Assembly (NCBI GenBank): GCA_005889025.1
Contig: VBCZ01000355.1
Span: 1-39,221, forward strand
Length of the DNA stretch: 39,221 nucleotides
Reading direction: 5' to 3'
Source: Betaproteobacteria bacterium
GTDB lineage: Bacteria > Pseudomonadota > Gammaproteobacteria > Burkholderiales > Casimicrobiaceae
This document shows positions 19,857 through 30,207 of this stretch, in pieces. The translations under genes were made by a program, and so were the position numbers. The notes beneath the pieces were generated by a model. It was not told where the DNA came from, ran no database searches, and worked only from the letters and a program-made list of their open reading frames with translations. Position 1 is the stretch's first letter, and every line of letters starts with the position of its first letter.

Positions 19857-20900
19857 GTGAAAATCGCGTTGCTTCCCGGAGACGGCATCGGCCGGGAAAT
19901 CATCGCCGAAGCGGCGAAGCTGCTGGAGCGTCTTCGCCGCGACGGGCTGCCGATCGAGCCGATGCCCGATGCGACGCTCTCGCTTGCGCGGCGCGCCGAT
20001 GCCGTGATGCTCGGGGCGGTCGGCGGGCCCCGATATGACGCGCTCCCACGCGAATCCCGCCCAGAGCAGGGGCTGCTCGCCATCCGCAAGGCTCTGGGCT
20101 TGTTCGCGAACCTGCGCCCCGCGCTTTCGTATCCCGAGCTCGAGAGAGCGTCGTCGCTGAAGCCCGAAGTGGTTGCCGGGCTCGACGTGATGATCGTGCG
20201 CGAGCTCACCGGCGATATCTACTTCGGCGCGCCGCGCGGCCGGCGCACCAACGCCGCCGGCGAGACGGAGGGCTTCGATACCATGCATTACAGCGACTCG
20301 GAAATCCGCCGCATCGCCCAAGTCGGTTTCGAGATCGCAAGGAAGCGCCAAAAGAAACTTTGTTCGGTCGACAAGGCCAACGTGCTCGATACGTCGATAC
20401 TGTGGCGAGAAGTCGTGACGGCGGTGGGCAAGGACCATCCCGACGTGCAGCTTTCGCACATGTACGTTGACAACGCCGCGATGCAGCTCGTCCGCGATCC
20501 CCGGCAATTCGATGTCATCGTCACCGGCAACCTGTTCGGCGACATTCTGTCCGACGAAGCATCGATGCTCGCCGGTTCGATCGGAATGCTTCCCTCCGCA
20601 TCGCTCGACGCGAACCGCAAGGGTCTCTACGAGCCGATCCACGGCTCGGCGCCCGATATCGCAGGACAAAACAAGGCCAACCCGCTGGCGACGATTCTGT
20701 CGCTGGCGATGATGTTTCGCTACACCTTCGGCCGCGCCGACGTCGCCGAACGAATCGAGCAGGCGGTGCGCAAAGTGCTTGGCCAGGGCTTGCGCACGGC
20801 GGATATCGCTCTGCCGGGCGAGCGGGTGATCGGCACGCGCGAGATGGGCGACGCGGTTGTCGGCGCGGTGTACGGGAACATAAGGGAACGAGCTAGATGA
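19857..20900 (+). CDS. leuB: 3-isopropylmalate dehydrogenase (apparent in-frame internal deletion near the N-terminus)
   Basis: GTG start ([12 protein letters not shown]). Family motifs are present: [38 protein letters not shown]. The segment between GDGIG and [12 protein letters not shown] is about 17 aa shorter than in the LeuB proteins I know. Confidence 0.9.
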   Translation: MKIALLPGDGIGREIIAEAAKLLERLRRDGLPIEPMPDATLSLARRADAVMLGAVGGPRYDALPRESRPEQGLLAIRKALGLFANLRPALSYPELERASSLKPEVVAGLDVMIVRELTGDIYFGAPRGRRTNAAGETEGFDTMHYSDSEIRRIAQVGFEIARKRQKKLCSVDKANVLDTSILWREVVTAVGKDHPDVQLSHMYVDNAAMQLVRDPRQFDVIVTGNLFGDILSDEASMLAGSIGMLPSASLDANRKGLYEPIHGSAPDIAGQNKANPLATILSLAMMFRYTFGRADVAERIEQAVRKVLGQGLRTADIALPGERVIGTREMGDAVVGAVYGNIRERAR

Positions 20901-21430
20901 GCGTCTCCGGCCACCCTGTCGTCATTCGCCGCGCCGAGCTCGCGGATGCGGAAGCGATCCACTCGACCTTCAGCGGCGCAAAGGCGATTGCCGGCACGCT
21001 TCAGATTCCCTACGGGTCGGTGGAAATGTGGCGCAAACGCATTGCGGATTTTCCGACCGACGACTATCTGCTGGTGGCGACTATCGCCGGCGAAGTCGTC
21101 GGCAATCTCGGGCTGCACAACGTCTCGAAGTCGCCGCGGCGTCGCCATGTCGGGACTATCGGCGTTGCCGTCCGCGACGACCGGCACGGCCAAGGCATCG
21201 GCAGCGAGCTCGTGAAAGCGGCAATCGAGCTCGCCGATGGCTGGCTCAATTTCCAGCGCCTCGAGCTGTGGGTCTACTGCGACAACCTCGCGGGGATCGC
21301 GCTGTATCGCAAGTTTGGATTTGCGATGGAAGGCACGTGCCGTGCGTACGCGTTTCGCGACGGCCGATATATCGACGCTTACATGATGGCGAGACTGCAC
21401 CCGGCGTTTGTCTCCGCCGCGCAGGAATAA
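20897..21430 (+). CDS. GNAT family N-acetyltransferase
   Basis: 177 aa with acetyl-CoA motif [21 protein letters not shown] start/stop overlap with leuB. Confidence 0.85.
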   Translation: MSVSGHPVVIRRAELADAEAIHSTFSGAKAIAGTLQIPYGSVEMWRKRIADFPTDDYLLVATIAGEVVGNLGLHNVSKSPRRRHVGTIGVAVRDDRHGQGIGSELVKAAIELADGWLNFQRLELWVYCDNLAGIALYRKFGFAMEGTCRAYAFRDGRYIDAYMMARLHPAFVSAAQE

Positions 21431-21459
21431 AGTCGCAGGCCGGAGGGAAGGAAGCAAAG

Positions 21460-22572
21460 ATGATGCGCGTAGGTTTTGTCGGATGGCGGGGCATGGTTGG
21501 ATCCGTGCTGGTGCAGCGCATGCTCGAAGAAAGCGACTTCGAGCTGATCGAGCCGGTATTTTTCTCGACCTCGCGCGCCGGCGGTCAAGGTCCGGCGATC
21601 GGCAGGAACAGCGATCCGCTGAAAGATGCGTCGAATCCCGAAGCGTTCGCCGGACTCGACGCCATCGTCACGTGCCAGGGGGGCGACTGGACGCGAAGCA
21701 TGCACGGCAAGCTGCGTTCCGGGGGATGGAACGGCTACTGGATCGATGCGGCGTCCACGCTTCGCATGGCCGACGATGCGGTCATCGTGCTCGATCCGGT
21801 CAACCGCGATGTCATCGACCAGGCGCTCGACAAAGGTGTCAAGAACTACATCGGCGGCAATTGCACGGTCTCTTTGATGATGATGGCCATCGCAGGATTG
21901 TTGCAGCACGATCTCGTCGAATGGCTGACGTGCATGACGTATCAGTCGGCGTCAGGCGCGGGAGCGCAAAACATGCGAGAGCTCCTCCAGCAGATGGGCG
22001 AAGCGCACCTCGCCGCGAAGGATCTGCTCGACGATCCCGCGTCATCGATACTCGATATCGACCGCGAAGTGGCCGGCATTCTGCGCGACGAGCGGTTCCC
22101 CACCAAGCATTTCGAGGTGCCGCTCGCAGGCAGCCTGATTCCGTGGATCGCCGAGGACATGGGCGACGGCGTGAGCAGGGAAGAGTGGAAAGGCGGCGCG
22201 GAAACCAACAAGATACTCGGTCGGCAGGACAGGCCCATCGCAGTCGAGTCGATCTGTGTGCGTGTCGGCGCGATGCGCTGCCACAGCCAGGCGCTCACCA
22301 TAAAACTGCGCCGCAAGGTCCCGCTGGCGCAGATCGAGAAGATTCTCGCCGGGGCGAACGAGTGGGTGCGCGTCGTGCCGAACACGCGGGACGCGAGCAT
22401 GCGCGAGCTTACGCCCGCGGCCGTCACAGGCAAGCTGGAGATACCGATCGGCCGGCTGCGCAAGCTCGCCATCGGCGACGATTTTCTCGCGGCGTTCACC
22501 GTCGGCGACCAGCTGCTCTGGGGCGCGGCGGAGCCTCTGCGACGGATGCTGCGAATATTGCTCCGGCGCTAG
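21460..22572 (+). CDS. asd: Aspartate-semialdehyde dehydrogenase
   Basis: 370 aa with MMRVGFVGWRGMVGSVL, active-site GGNCTVSLMMMA, and TVGDQLLWGAAEPLRRML. GGAGGGAAGGAAG RBS. Confidence 0.95.
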   Translation: MMRVGFVGWRGMVGSVLVQRMLEESDFELIEPVFFSTSRAGGQGPAIGRNSDPLKDASNPEAFAGLDAIVTCQGGDWTRSMHGKLRSGGWNGYWIDAASTLRMADDAVIVLDPVNRDVIDQALDKGVKNYIGGNCTVSLMMMAIAGLLQHDLVEWLTCMTYQSASGAGAQNMRELLQQMGEAHLAAKDLLDDPASSILDIDREVAGILRDERFPTKHFEVPLAGSLIPWIAEDMGDGVSREEWKGGAETNKILGRQDRPIAVESICVRVGAMRCHSQALTIKLRRKVPLAQIEKILAGANEWVRVVPNTRDASMRELTPAAVTGKLEIPIGRLRKLAIGDDFLAAFTVGDQLLWGAAEPLRRMLRILLRR

Positions 22573-22927
22573 CGCTTGTGTGGGCGTCGTTGTGCGCGCT
22601 TCATGGGCGTCGCTGTGCGATATGACAGCGCCGCTTTGCTTAGGTCGCTCGCCGTTCTTTTTTCCCGGTTTTATGCGCTAGCGCTAACGGACAGCCGAGT
22701 GCTGCGGTTGTCCGGCGACTTGCTTACAACACCCGGTCTTCCTGTGTAATACATTCTTCCATTGCACAAGATATTGTGGCCGGTTCACGGCGATCGCGGG
22801 ACTCGTCCTGTCGGCTCGGCGACGCGGTTTTGTTTTAGCAAAAAACTCAAGCTAATACCGAGGTTTAGCTTGCACCGCTAACTCCATGATGCTAGTTTAG
22901 CTTAGGCTATCAGCATTTGAGGTCAGC

Positions 22928-25738
22928 ATGCGAGTAAAACCATATATCACCGGCGGCGTTTTGGCGGGCGTTCTCACGCTTGCCATGCCGGCGCTTGCGC
23001 TGGGTCTCGGCAAGCTCACCGTGCAATCCAGCCTCGGACAACCGCTTTCGGCGAAGATCGAGCTCACTTCAGCTCAACAAGGAGAACTTGATTCGTTGCG
23101 AGCGCGTATCGCCGATCCGTCGGTTTATCGCGATAACAGCGTGCAATATGTCGGTGCGCTGGCGAGGGCGCGCGTTTCCGTTGAGCAAGGTCCGAACAAT
23201 ATTCCGTATTTGAAAGTCACTTCGCCTCAAGCGGTGAACGAGCCGTATCTCGACTTGATCGTCGAGCTCAGCTGGGCGACCGGGCGGGTAGTCCGGGATT
23301 ACACATTCCTGCTCGATCCGCCAGGCACAGCAGAAATGCAGGCAGCCGCCGAGCCTGTACGACCGCCGCGCGCGGAAGCGGCATCGCCGCCTGCGCGTTC
23401 CGGACGTCCGGCCGCCCGTCCCGTCGAGTCTGCCGGGACAACGCCCGGCACCACTGCGACGCCCGGCACGGCGCCTGTGGGCGGAACGTACACCGTCAAG
23501 CGCGGCGACACCTTGTCCAAGATCGCAGGCGAATACAAGCCCGATAATGTCAGCCTCGAACAAATGCTGGTCGCGTTGTTCCGCAGCAACGAAAGCGCGT
23601 TCGATGGCGGCAACATGAATCGCCTGCGCAGCGGACAAATCATCACCGTTCCGCAGGGCGATCAAATCGCTGCGGTCGCGCCGCCCGAAGCGACGCAGAT
23701 GGTGAAAATGCAGGCTGCCGATTGGCGCGCGTATCGCGACCGAGTCGCGGCAGGCGCGCCCGCAAGCGCTGCGACCGGCTCGACTCCGGCCGCGGGCGGA
23801 AGGATCACCACCGCGGTCCAGGATCAGGCAAGCGCTGCGCAGCCGGGCAAGGATCAGCTTCGTGTTTCGCGCGAATCCGGAAAAGGCGCCGCCGCAGGTG
23901 CGGCCCAAGTGGAAGACTCGGTTGCGAAGGACAAAGCGCTGCGCGAAGCGAACGCGCGCGTTGCCGAGCTGGAAAAGGCGGTAAGAGATCTGCAAAAAGC
24001 GGCGGAGCTGCGCAATCAAACCCTGGCCGAGTTGCAAGCTCGCGCCGACACTGCCGCGGGCAAGAGCGTTTCGCCGGCCAAAATCGAGCAGCCAAAGGTC
24101 GCGGCTGCCAAGACAGAAGCGCCCAAAGCCGAGCCGGCCAAGACGGAAGCGCCCAAGGTTGCCTCCGCCATACCGCCTGCAGTCACACCGTCCGCGACGA
24201 CAGCGCCTGTAGCGCCATCGCCCTCGGTCCCCGCTACACCGGAAGCAAAAGCGCCCGAAACCAAGGCGCCCGACTCGATGCCGCCCACACCTGCCGTTGC
24301 GCCGGCGGTCAAGGGTCCTGACACGTCGACGCCCGCGACATCCGCCGTCGCGCCCGTGGTCAAGGGTCCGGACACGTCGACGCCGCCGCTTGCAAAGACA
24401 ACCACGCCCGCGAAAAAGCCCGCTGAGCCATCGTTCATAGACGACCTTTTCGGCAACACGCCCACGTGGGCCATCGGTGGCGGAGCGCTGATCGTGCTTG
24501 CGGGCATCGCGGGCATCATCGCCGCGCGCCGCCGCAAGACGACCAAGTTCGAAGACAGCATCATCTCCGGCACCGACATCAAGACCAACACGGTTTTCGG
24601 CTCGACTGGCGGAGGCGTGGTCAATACGGGAGACAACTCGCTTGCCAGCGACTTCAGCCGCGAAGGGCTCGGCAACATCGATACCGACGAAGTCGACCCC
24701 ATCGCCGAGGCCGAGGTCTATCTCGCGTATGGTCGCGATGCGCAAGCGGAAGAAATTCTCAAGGATGCGCTGAAAAAAGATCCGAAGCGCCAGGAGATTT
24801 ATCTCAAGCTTCTCGAAATTCACGCGCAGCACAACAAGCCGTCGGCATTCGAAACCGTCGCGAGCGAGTTGTATTCGGTGTCCGGCGGACGAGGCGAAAC
24901 GTGGCAGAAAGCGATGGCGCTCGGCCGCCAGCTCGATCCCACCAATCCATTGTTTGCCGAAGCCGGCGGCGCGGCTTTTGCGGCAACCGCCGCGCCCGTC
25001 GCGGGCGATGCGGCTGAGTCCAGGGATACGCAGGTTTTTTCGGTGCCGCCCCAGCTCAAGCCGGAGCCACATTCCGGCAAGCCGCTCGATTTCACGCTCG
25101 ACGATGATATTTCGGTCTCGCCCACGTCGGGCGCTGCGGAACCCAAGACACCGGCTGCGATTCTGGCGGGCGCGGCGGAACAAGTGGCAAAATCTACTCG
25201 AGCCTCGCCGGAAGCCGCCCGAGCCGGGTTCGACGATTCGAAGACTGCGGTTTCGGCCAAGCCAGGAACAGGCGCCGGCGTGACGCCGGCACGCGGCGAA
25301 CCGGCGCCGGCCAAGAGGTACGAAACGTTTTCCTTCGATCCTGAATCCATCCCGAGATTCGACCTCGACTTCAAGCTCGATGCGCCTGACAAGCCCGCAC
25401 CGGCGACGGCCAAGCCCGGCGCAAACGCCCGCGCTGCGCCCGAGCCCGCGCTCGCGGCTTCGAGCTCACCTGCGCCGCAGCTGGCGCGACCTGCTGCCGC
25501 GATCGAGCTCGACAAGCTCGATCTCGCGTTCGATCCGCAACGCTCGACTTTCGAAGATCCGACACCTTCCGTGCTCGACGGTCAATGGCACGACGCGGCG
25601 ACCAAGCTCGACCTCGCCAAGGCGTACCAGGAAATGGGCGATGTCGAAGGCGCGCGCGAAATCCTTCAGGAAGTTCTGCACGAGGGCGACGACCAGCAAA
25701 AGGGTGAGGCGCAGGGGCTGCTGTCCAAGCTCGCCTAA
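22928..25738 (+). CDS. fimV: FimV-family peptidoglycan-binding motility/pilus assembly protein
   Basis: Signal sequence plus conserved N-terminal domain (LGLGKLTVQSSLGQPLSAKIEL). LysM (YTVKRGDTLSKIAGEY). Long Pro/Ala/Lys-rich linker, one TM segment, and a C-terminal FimV motif (LDLAKAYQEMGDVEGAREILQEVL). Sits in the classical asd-fimV-truA position. Confidence 0.85.
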   Translation: MRVKPYITGGVLAGVLTLAMPALALGLGKLTVQSSLGQPLSAKIELTSAQQGELDSLRARIADPSVYRDNSVQYVGALARARVSVEQGPNNIPYLKVTSPQAVNEPYLDLIVELSWATGRVVRDYTFLLDPPGTAEMQAAAEPVRPPRAEAASPPARSGRPAARPVESAGTTPGTTATPGTAPVGGTYTVKRGDTLSKIAGEYKPDNVSLEQMLVALFRSNESAFDGGNMNRLRSGQIITVPQGDQIAAVAPPEATQMVKMQAADWRAYRDRVAAGAPASAATGSTPAAGGRITTAVQDQASAAQPGKDQLRVSRESGKGAAAGAAQVEDSVAKDKALREANARVAELEKAVRDLQKAAELRNQTLAELQARADTAAGKSVSPAKIEQPKVAAAKTEAPKAEPAKTEAPKVASAIPPAVTPSATTAPVAPSPSVPATPEAKAPETKAPDSMPPTPAVAPAVKGPDTSTPATSAVAPVVKGPDTSTPPLAKTTTPAKKPAEPSFIDDLFGNTPTWAIGGGALIVLAGIAGIIAARRRKTTKFEDSIISGTDIKTNTVFGSTGGGVVNTGDNSLASDFSREGLGNIDTDEVDPIAEAEVYLAYGRDAQAEEILKDALKKDPKRQEIYLKLLEIHAQHNKPSAFETVASELYSVSGGRGETWQKAMALGRQLDPTNPLFAEAGGAAFAATAAPVAGDAAESRDTQVFSVPPQLKPEPHSGKPLDFTLDDDISVSPTSGAAEPKTPAAILAGAAEQVAKSTRASPEAARAGFDDSKTAVSAKPGTGAGVTPARGEPAPAKRYETFSFDPESIPRFDLDFKLDAPDKPAPATAKPGANARAAPEPALAASSSPAPQLARPAAAIELDKLDLAFDPQRSTFEDPTPSVLDGQWHDAATKLDLAKAYQEMGDVEGAREILQEVLHEGDDQQKGEAQGLLSKLA
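24293..24394 (+). repeat. Two tandem 51-bp (17-aa) repeats inside the fimV linker (AVAPAVKGPDTSTPATS / AVAPVVKGPDTSTPPLA)
   Basis: Direct nucleotide and peptide repeat read from the sequence. The neighbouring KTEAPKAEPAKTEAPK is also reiterated. Confidence 0.7.
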
Positions 25739-25769
25739 GCTCGCGACTACGTACTTCGACCTTCTCAGG

Positions 25770-25806
25770 GGCGGCGGATCGCGGATCCGCCGCCTTTTCC
25801 TTTTCT
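25770..25806 (+). terminator. Rho-independent terminator downstream of fimV
   Basis: Perfect 11-bp GC-rich stem GGCGGCGGATC-gcg-GATCCGCCGCC (25770-25794), followed by TTTTCCTTTTCT. Confidence 0.8.
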
Positions 25807-25831
25807 CCTGACGCCCGCGCCGGCCGCTGGG

Positions 25832-26605
25832 ATGCGCATCGCACTCGGACTCGAATACGACGGCGCATCCTTTCACGGATGGCAATCACAGGCCGATGGC
25901 AGCGGCGTGCAGGACGCTGTCGAAAAGGCGCTCGCGCAGATCGCGAATGCGCCCGTGTCAGCGATCGGCGCAGGCCGCACCGATTCCGGCGTGCACGCGA
26001 CGATGCAAATCGCTCATTTCGATACCGATGCGCTCCGTCCCGACAGCGCGTGGGTGCGTGGCGTGAACGCGCTGCTTCCGGACGCGATAGCCGTGCTCTG
26101 GGCGATGCCCGTCAGCGTTGAATTTCATGCGCGCTTTTCCGCGACGGGCCGGCACTACACGTACCTGCTCGTCGATTGCCCGGTGCGACCGGCGCTGCGC
26201 AGCGGAAAGGTTGGCTGGTACCATCTGCCGTTGTCCGTGGAAGCGATGCGGGAGGCTGCCGAGGCGCTGTACGGCAAACGTGATTTCTCCGCGTTCCGCG
26301 CCGCCGAGTGTCAGGCCCACGAGGGAAGCATGGTCCGCTTCGATTTCCATGCCGATGGGTTCCTTCACCACATGATACGAAACATCGTCGGTTCGCTGGT
26401 TTACGTCGGGAACGGCAGAAAGCCTCCGAGCTGGATCGCGGAGCTTGTCGCGGGACGCGATCGCACTCGCGCGGCGCCGACGTTTTCAAGCGCGGGACTC
26501 TACCTCACCGGGGTCGACTATCCGGTTCGGTGGAATCTTCCCGCGACCTTGGCGCCGTTGCCGCCCTTGGCTTTCACGCCCGGACAGCATGCGAACGCGC
26601 GTTAA
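25832..26605 (+). CDS. truA: tRNA pseudouridine(38-40) synthase (apparent in-frame internal deletion)
   Basis: MRIALGLEYDGASFHGWQSQ, catalytic GAGRTDSGVHA, FHARFSA and FLHHMIRNIVGSL are present. The segment between FRAAECQA and FLHHM is about 13 aa shorter than in the TruA proteins I know. Confidence 0.9.
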   Translation: MRIALGLEYDGASFHGWQSQADGSGVQDAVEKALAQIANAPVSAIGAGRTDSGVHATMQIAHFDTDALRPDSAWVRGVNALLPDAIAVLWAMPVSVEFHARFSATGRHYTYLLVDCPVRPALRSGKVGWYHLPLSVEAMREAAEALYGKRDFSAFRAAECQAHEGSMVRFDFHADGFLHHMIRNIVGSLVYVGNGRKPPSWIAELVAGRDRTRAAPTFSSAGLYLTGVDYPVRWNLPATLAPLPPLAFTPGQHANAR

Positions 26606-27245
26606 GATTTGCGGCATCACGCGTGCCGAAGACGGCGTGGCGGCGGCCCGCGAGGGCGCCGACGCGATCGGTCTGGTGTTCTGGGCAGGGACGCCGCGTC
26701 ACATCGGCCTCGAGCAGGCGAGAAAAATCGCCGCGGCGCTTCCCGCATTCGTGACCGTCGTCGGACTCTTCGTGGATCCGCAGCCCGACGCTGTTCGGGC
26801 TGCGCTGACAGATGTGCCGCTGGATATACTTCAATTCCACGGCGACGAATCGCCCGAGATGTGCGCAAGCTTCGGGCGGCCGTACATCAAGGCCGTGCAC
26901 GTGAAAGCGGGAGTCGATTTGCTACACTACGCGTCGCGCTACGCCGATGCGCTCGGCTTGTTGTTCGACGCGTTCGAGCCGGGTGGCTTGCCGGGCGGCA
27001 CCGGAACCAGCTTCGACTGGAATGCGCTGCCGACAAACTTGCCGCGTCCGGTGATCCTGTCCGGCGGTCTCACGCCGCAAAATGTCGGCGACGCCATTCG
27101 CCGGGTGCGGCCGTGGGGTGTCGACGTGTCCAGCGGCGTCGAGGCTGTCGGGGAAGACGGCAAACGACGCCGGGGGGTCAAGGATGCGGCGAAGATCGCC
27201 GCATTCATCCGAGAGGTTCAAGATGCAGATGTACGATCTTCCTGA
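26589..27245 (+). CDS. trpF: Phosphoribosylanthranilate isomerase
   Basis: [12 protein letters not shown]..., [16 protein letters not shown] and [11 protein letters not shown]. Overlaps the truA 3' end by 17 nt. Confidence 0.92.
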   Translation: MRTRVKICGITRAEDGVAAAREGADAIGLVFWAGTPRHIGLEQARKIAAALPAFVTVVGLFVDPQPDAVRAALTDVPLDILQFHGDESPEMCASFGRPYIKAVHVKAGVDLLHYASRYADALGLLFDAFEPGGLPGGTGTSFDWNALPTNLPRPVILSGGLTPQNVGDAIRRVRPWGVDVSSGVEAVGEDGKRRRGVKDAAKIAAFIREVQDADVRSS

Positions 27246-28422
27246 CGCTCGCGGCCATTTCGGCCCCTACGGGGGCGTCTTTGTCGCGGAAACGCTGATT
27301 CGCGCGCTCGATGAGCTGCGCGAGCAATACGCGCGCTTTCGGAGCGATCCGGACTTTATCGCCGAGTTCGATGACGAGCTCGAGCATTACGTCGGCCGCC
27401 CCAGTCCGATCTACCATGCGCGGCGCTGGTCCGGGATCCTCGGCGGCGCACAGCTCTACTTCAAGCGCGAAGATCTCAACCATACCGGCGCGCACAAGAT
27501 CAACAATTGCATCGGCCAGGCGCTCCTTGCAAAGAGGCTCGGCAAGCCGCGCATCATCGCCGAGACCGGCGCGGGGCAGCACGGCGTCGCGGCCGCGACG
27601 GTGGCGGCGCGATTCGGCATGCAGTGCGTCGTGTATATGGGATCGGAGGACATCAAGCGGCAGGCGCAAAACGTTTTCCGCATGAAGCTCCTCGGCGCGG
27701 AAGTCGTTCCCGTCGAATCGGGCTCCAGGACGTTGAAAGATGCGCTGAACGAGGCGATGCGCGATTGGGTCACGAACGTGGAAAACACGTTCTACATCAT
27801 CGGCACCGTCGCCGGCCCGCATCCCTATCCGATGATGGTCCGCGATTTTCAGAGCGTGATCGGCAAGGAATGTCTGTGGCAGATGCCGAAGATGATCGGC
27901 CGCCAGCCGGATGTGATCATCGCGTGCGTCGGCGGAGGGTCGAATGCGATGGGTATTTTCTATCCCTATCTCGCGCACGAAGATATCCGGCTGGTCGGTG
28001 TAGAGGCGGCAGGCGAAGGCATTGCCACCGGCCGCCATTCCGCGTCGCTCGGCGCGGGCCGCCCCGGCGTTCTGCACGGCAACCGAACGTATCTGCTGCA
28101 GAACGAGGACGGTCAAATCCTGGAGACGCACTCGGTGTCCGCGGGCCTGGACTATCCCGGCGTCGGCCCGGAGCACGCCTGGCTCAAGGACCTCGGGCGC
28201 GCGGAATACGTCTCGATCACCGATGAGCTCGCGCTCAAGGCGTTCGGCGAATGTTGCCGCATCGAGGGCATTATTCCGGCGCTCGAGTCGGCGCACGCCC
28301 TCGCTTATGCGGCACAAATCGCGCCGACGCTGCCGCGCGAAAAGGTCCTGCTCGTCAACCTCTCCGGCCGTGGCGACAAGGATATGAACACGGTTGCCGA
28401 ACGAACGGGCATGAAGCTTTGA
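27223..28422 (+). CDS. trpB: Tryptophan synthase beta chain
   Basis: About 399 aa with [11 protein letters not shown]-lysine motif [11 protein letters not shown], and GGGSNAMG. Overlaps the trpF 3' end by 23 nt. Confidence 0.97.
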   Translation: MQMYDLPDARGHFGPYGGVFVAETLIRALDELREQYARFRSDPDFIAEFDDELEHYVGRPSPIYHARRWSGILGGAQLYFKREDLNHTGAHKINNCIGQALLAKRLGKPRIIAETGAGQHGVAAATVAARFGMQCVVYMGSEDIKRQAQNVFRMKLLGAEVVPVESGSRTLKDALNEAMRDWVTNVENTFYIIGTVAGPHPYPMMVRDFQSVIGKECLWQMPKMIGRQPDVIIACVGGGSNAMGIFYPYLAHEDIRLVGVEAAGEGIATGRHSASLGAGRPGVLHGNRTYLLQNEDGQILETHSVSAGLDYPGVGPEHAWLKDLGRAEYVSITDELALKAFGECCRIEGIIPALESAHALAYAAQIAPTLPREKVLLVNLSGRGDKDMNTVAERTGMKL

Positions 28423-28474
28423 CAACGGCGATCCTGCGTCCTGGAGACGTCGACGTCGGACACGGATTGTTGCC

Positions 28475-29290
28475 GTGAACCGCATCGATGCCACTTTTGC
28501 CAGGCTTCGGGCTGCCGGCCGCGCCGGGCTCATTCCCTACATCACGGCGGGAGACCCATCGGGGGGCGCGACGGCGCCGCTCATGCGAGCGCTTGCGGCG
28601 GCCGGCGCCGACGTCATCGAGCTCGGCGTACCTTTTTCGGATCCGATGGCCGACGGCCCCGTGATCCAGCGCGCTTCCGAGCGCGCTCTCGCGCGCGGTG
28701 TTGGCCTGAAGCAAGTGCTGGAGATGGTCGCTGCGTTTCGCAAGGAGGATTCCGCGACGCCGGTCGTTCTCATGGGTTACGCCAATCCCATCGAATCCAT
28801 GGGCCTCGCCCGATTCGCGGATCGCGCGCGCGAGGCGGGCGTCGACGGCGCGATCGTCGTGGACTATCCGCCCGAGGAGGCGTCGGAATTCGCGGCGTCG
28901 ATGGCCGAACGGGCAATCGCCACGGTCTTTCTTCTTGCGCCGACCACGCCGACCTCGCGCATCATGGCCGTTGCCCGACTCGCGCGCGGATATGTATATT
29001 ACGTCTCGCTCAAGGGAGTGACCGGCGCGGCGCACCTCGACACCACGGATGTCATCGCCAAGCTTGCCGAAATACGCAAGCACGTGGCGCTTCCGATCGG
29101 CGTCGGCTTCGGCATTCGCGACGCTGCGGGGGCGCAGGCGATCGCCGCGCACGCCGACGCGGTGGTGATCGGCAGCCGCATCATCCAGGAAATCGAGGGC
29201 GGAACGCCGGAGGAGGCATCCGCCCGCGCCGGCGCGTGGTTGGCGACGATTCGCAACGCCGTCGACACCGTGACCAAGCGCGCTGCCTAG
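28475..29290 (+). CDS. trpA: Tryptophan synthase alpha chain
   Basis: 271 aa from a GTG start, with [17 protein letters not shown] and [10 protein letters not shown]. Confidence 0.95.
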   Translation: MNRIDATFARLRAAGRAGLIPYITAGDPSGGATAPLMRALAAAGADVIELGVPFSDPMADGPVIQRASERALARGVGLKQVLEMVAAFRKEDSATPVVLMGYANPIESMGLARFADRAREAGVDGAIVVDYPPEEASEFAASMAERAIATVFLLAPTTPTSRIMAVARLARGYVYYVSLKGVTGAAHLDTTDVIAKLAEIRKHVALPIGVGFGIRDAAGAQAIAAHADAVVIGSRIIQEIEGGTPEEASARAGAWLATIRNAVDTVTKRAA

Positions 29291-29309
29291 TGCAGCGAGG
29301 GAAAAGACG

Positions 29310-30179
29310 ATGAGCTGGTTGCAAAAATTGCTGCCACCGCGAATCAAGGCCACGCCCGGCATAAACAAGAAGGCGGTCCCGGAGGGTCTCTGGGTCAAGT
29401 GTCCGTCGTGCGAAACGGTTCTGTACCGCACGGATCTGGAGAAGAATCTCAACGTATGCCCCAAGTGCGGGCACCACGGCCGCGTCTCCGCACGCGAGCG
29501 CATCGAGCAGCTTCTGGATCCGGACGGCCGATACGAGATCGGCTCCGAGGTCCTTCCGATCGACAGCCTGAAATTCAGGGACACCCGAAAGTATCCCGAG
29601 CGGCTTTCCGCGGCGCTGGAGGAAACCGGCGAGACCGATGCGCTGGTCGTCATGCAGGGAAGCATTCGTTCGGCGCCGCTGGTGATCGCGGTGTTCGAAT
29701 TCGATTTCATGGGCGGCTCGATGGGATCGGTGGTCGGAGAGCGCTTCGTGCGCGGCGTGCGTGTCGCGTACGAAAACCGCATCCCCTACGTCTGCCTTAC
29801 GTCGAGCGGCGGCGCGCGCATGCAAGAGGGTGTGAGCTCGCTGTTTCAGATGGCGAAGACGACCGCCGTCCTGCAGGAGCTCACCATGGCGCGCTTGCCA
29901 TTCGTATCGATTCTTACCGATCCCACCATGGGCGGCGTTTCCGCTAGCTTCGCCATGCTCGGCGACATCATCATCGCCGAGCCCGGCGCGCTGATCGGCT
30001 TCGCGGGTCCCCGCGTTATCGAGCAGACGGTGCGCGAAAAGTTGCCGGAAGGATTTCAACGCGCCGAATTCCTGCTCGAAAAGGGTGCCATCGACATGAT
30101 CGTCGATCGCCGGGAGTTGTGCGACGCACTGCCGAAGCTGCTGACACTGTTGCAACGGCAACCGCTTACTTCCGCCTGA
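29310..30179 (+). CDS. accD: Acetyl-CoA carboxylase carboxyltransferase beta subunit
   Basis: N-terminal zinc ribbon CPSCETVLY...CPKCGHH, followed by [12 protein letters not shown] and [11 protein letters not shown]. Confidence 0.95.
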   Translation: MSWLQKLLPPRIKATPGINKKAVPEGLWVKCPSCETVLYRTDLEKNLNVCPKCGHHGRVSARERIEQLLDPDGRYEIGSEVLPIDSLKFRDTRKYPERLSAALEETGETDALVVMQGSIRSAPLVIAVFEFDFMGGSMGSVVGERFVRGVRVAYENRIPYVCLTSSGGARMQEGVSSLFQMAKTTAVLQELTMARLPFVSILTDPTMGGVSASFAMLGDIIIAEPGALIGFAGPRVIEQTVREKLPEGFQRAEFLLEKGAIDMIVDRRELCDALPKLLTLLQRQPLTSA

Positions 30180-30207
30180 TCGGGCGCTGGAAAGCGCCGC
30201 GACGTCC

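Noticed and set aside
22640-22665. T-run (TTCTTTTTT) after asd as an intrinsic terminator.
   Set aside because: I could not find a convincing GC-rich stem immediately upstream, so I did not call a terminator.
23069-25183. 704-aa ORF on the minus strand opposite fimV. Similar long antisense or off-frame ORFs occur at 14568-15800, 27205-28533, 28355-29782, 13751-14827, 1063-1896, 17674-18579, 19698-20669, 36706-37641, 38410-39213 and 9648-10373.
   Set aside because: All lie antisense to, or out of frame with, genes that have strong family signatures. Their translations are Arg/Ala/Gly/Pro-rich with no recognisable motifs. This is the expected stop-codon-poor artefact of GC-rich DNA.
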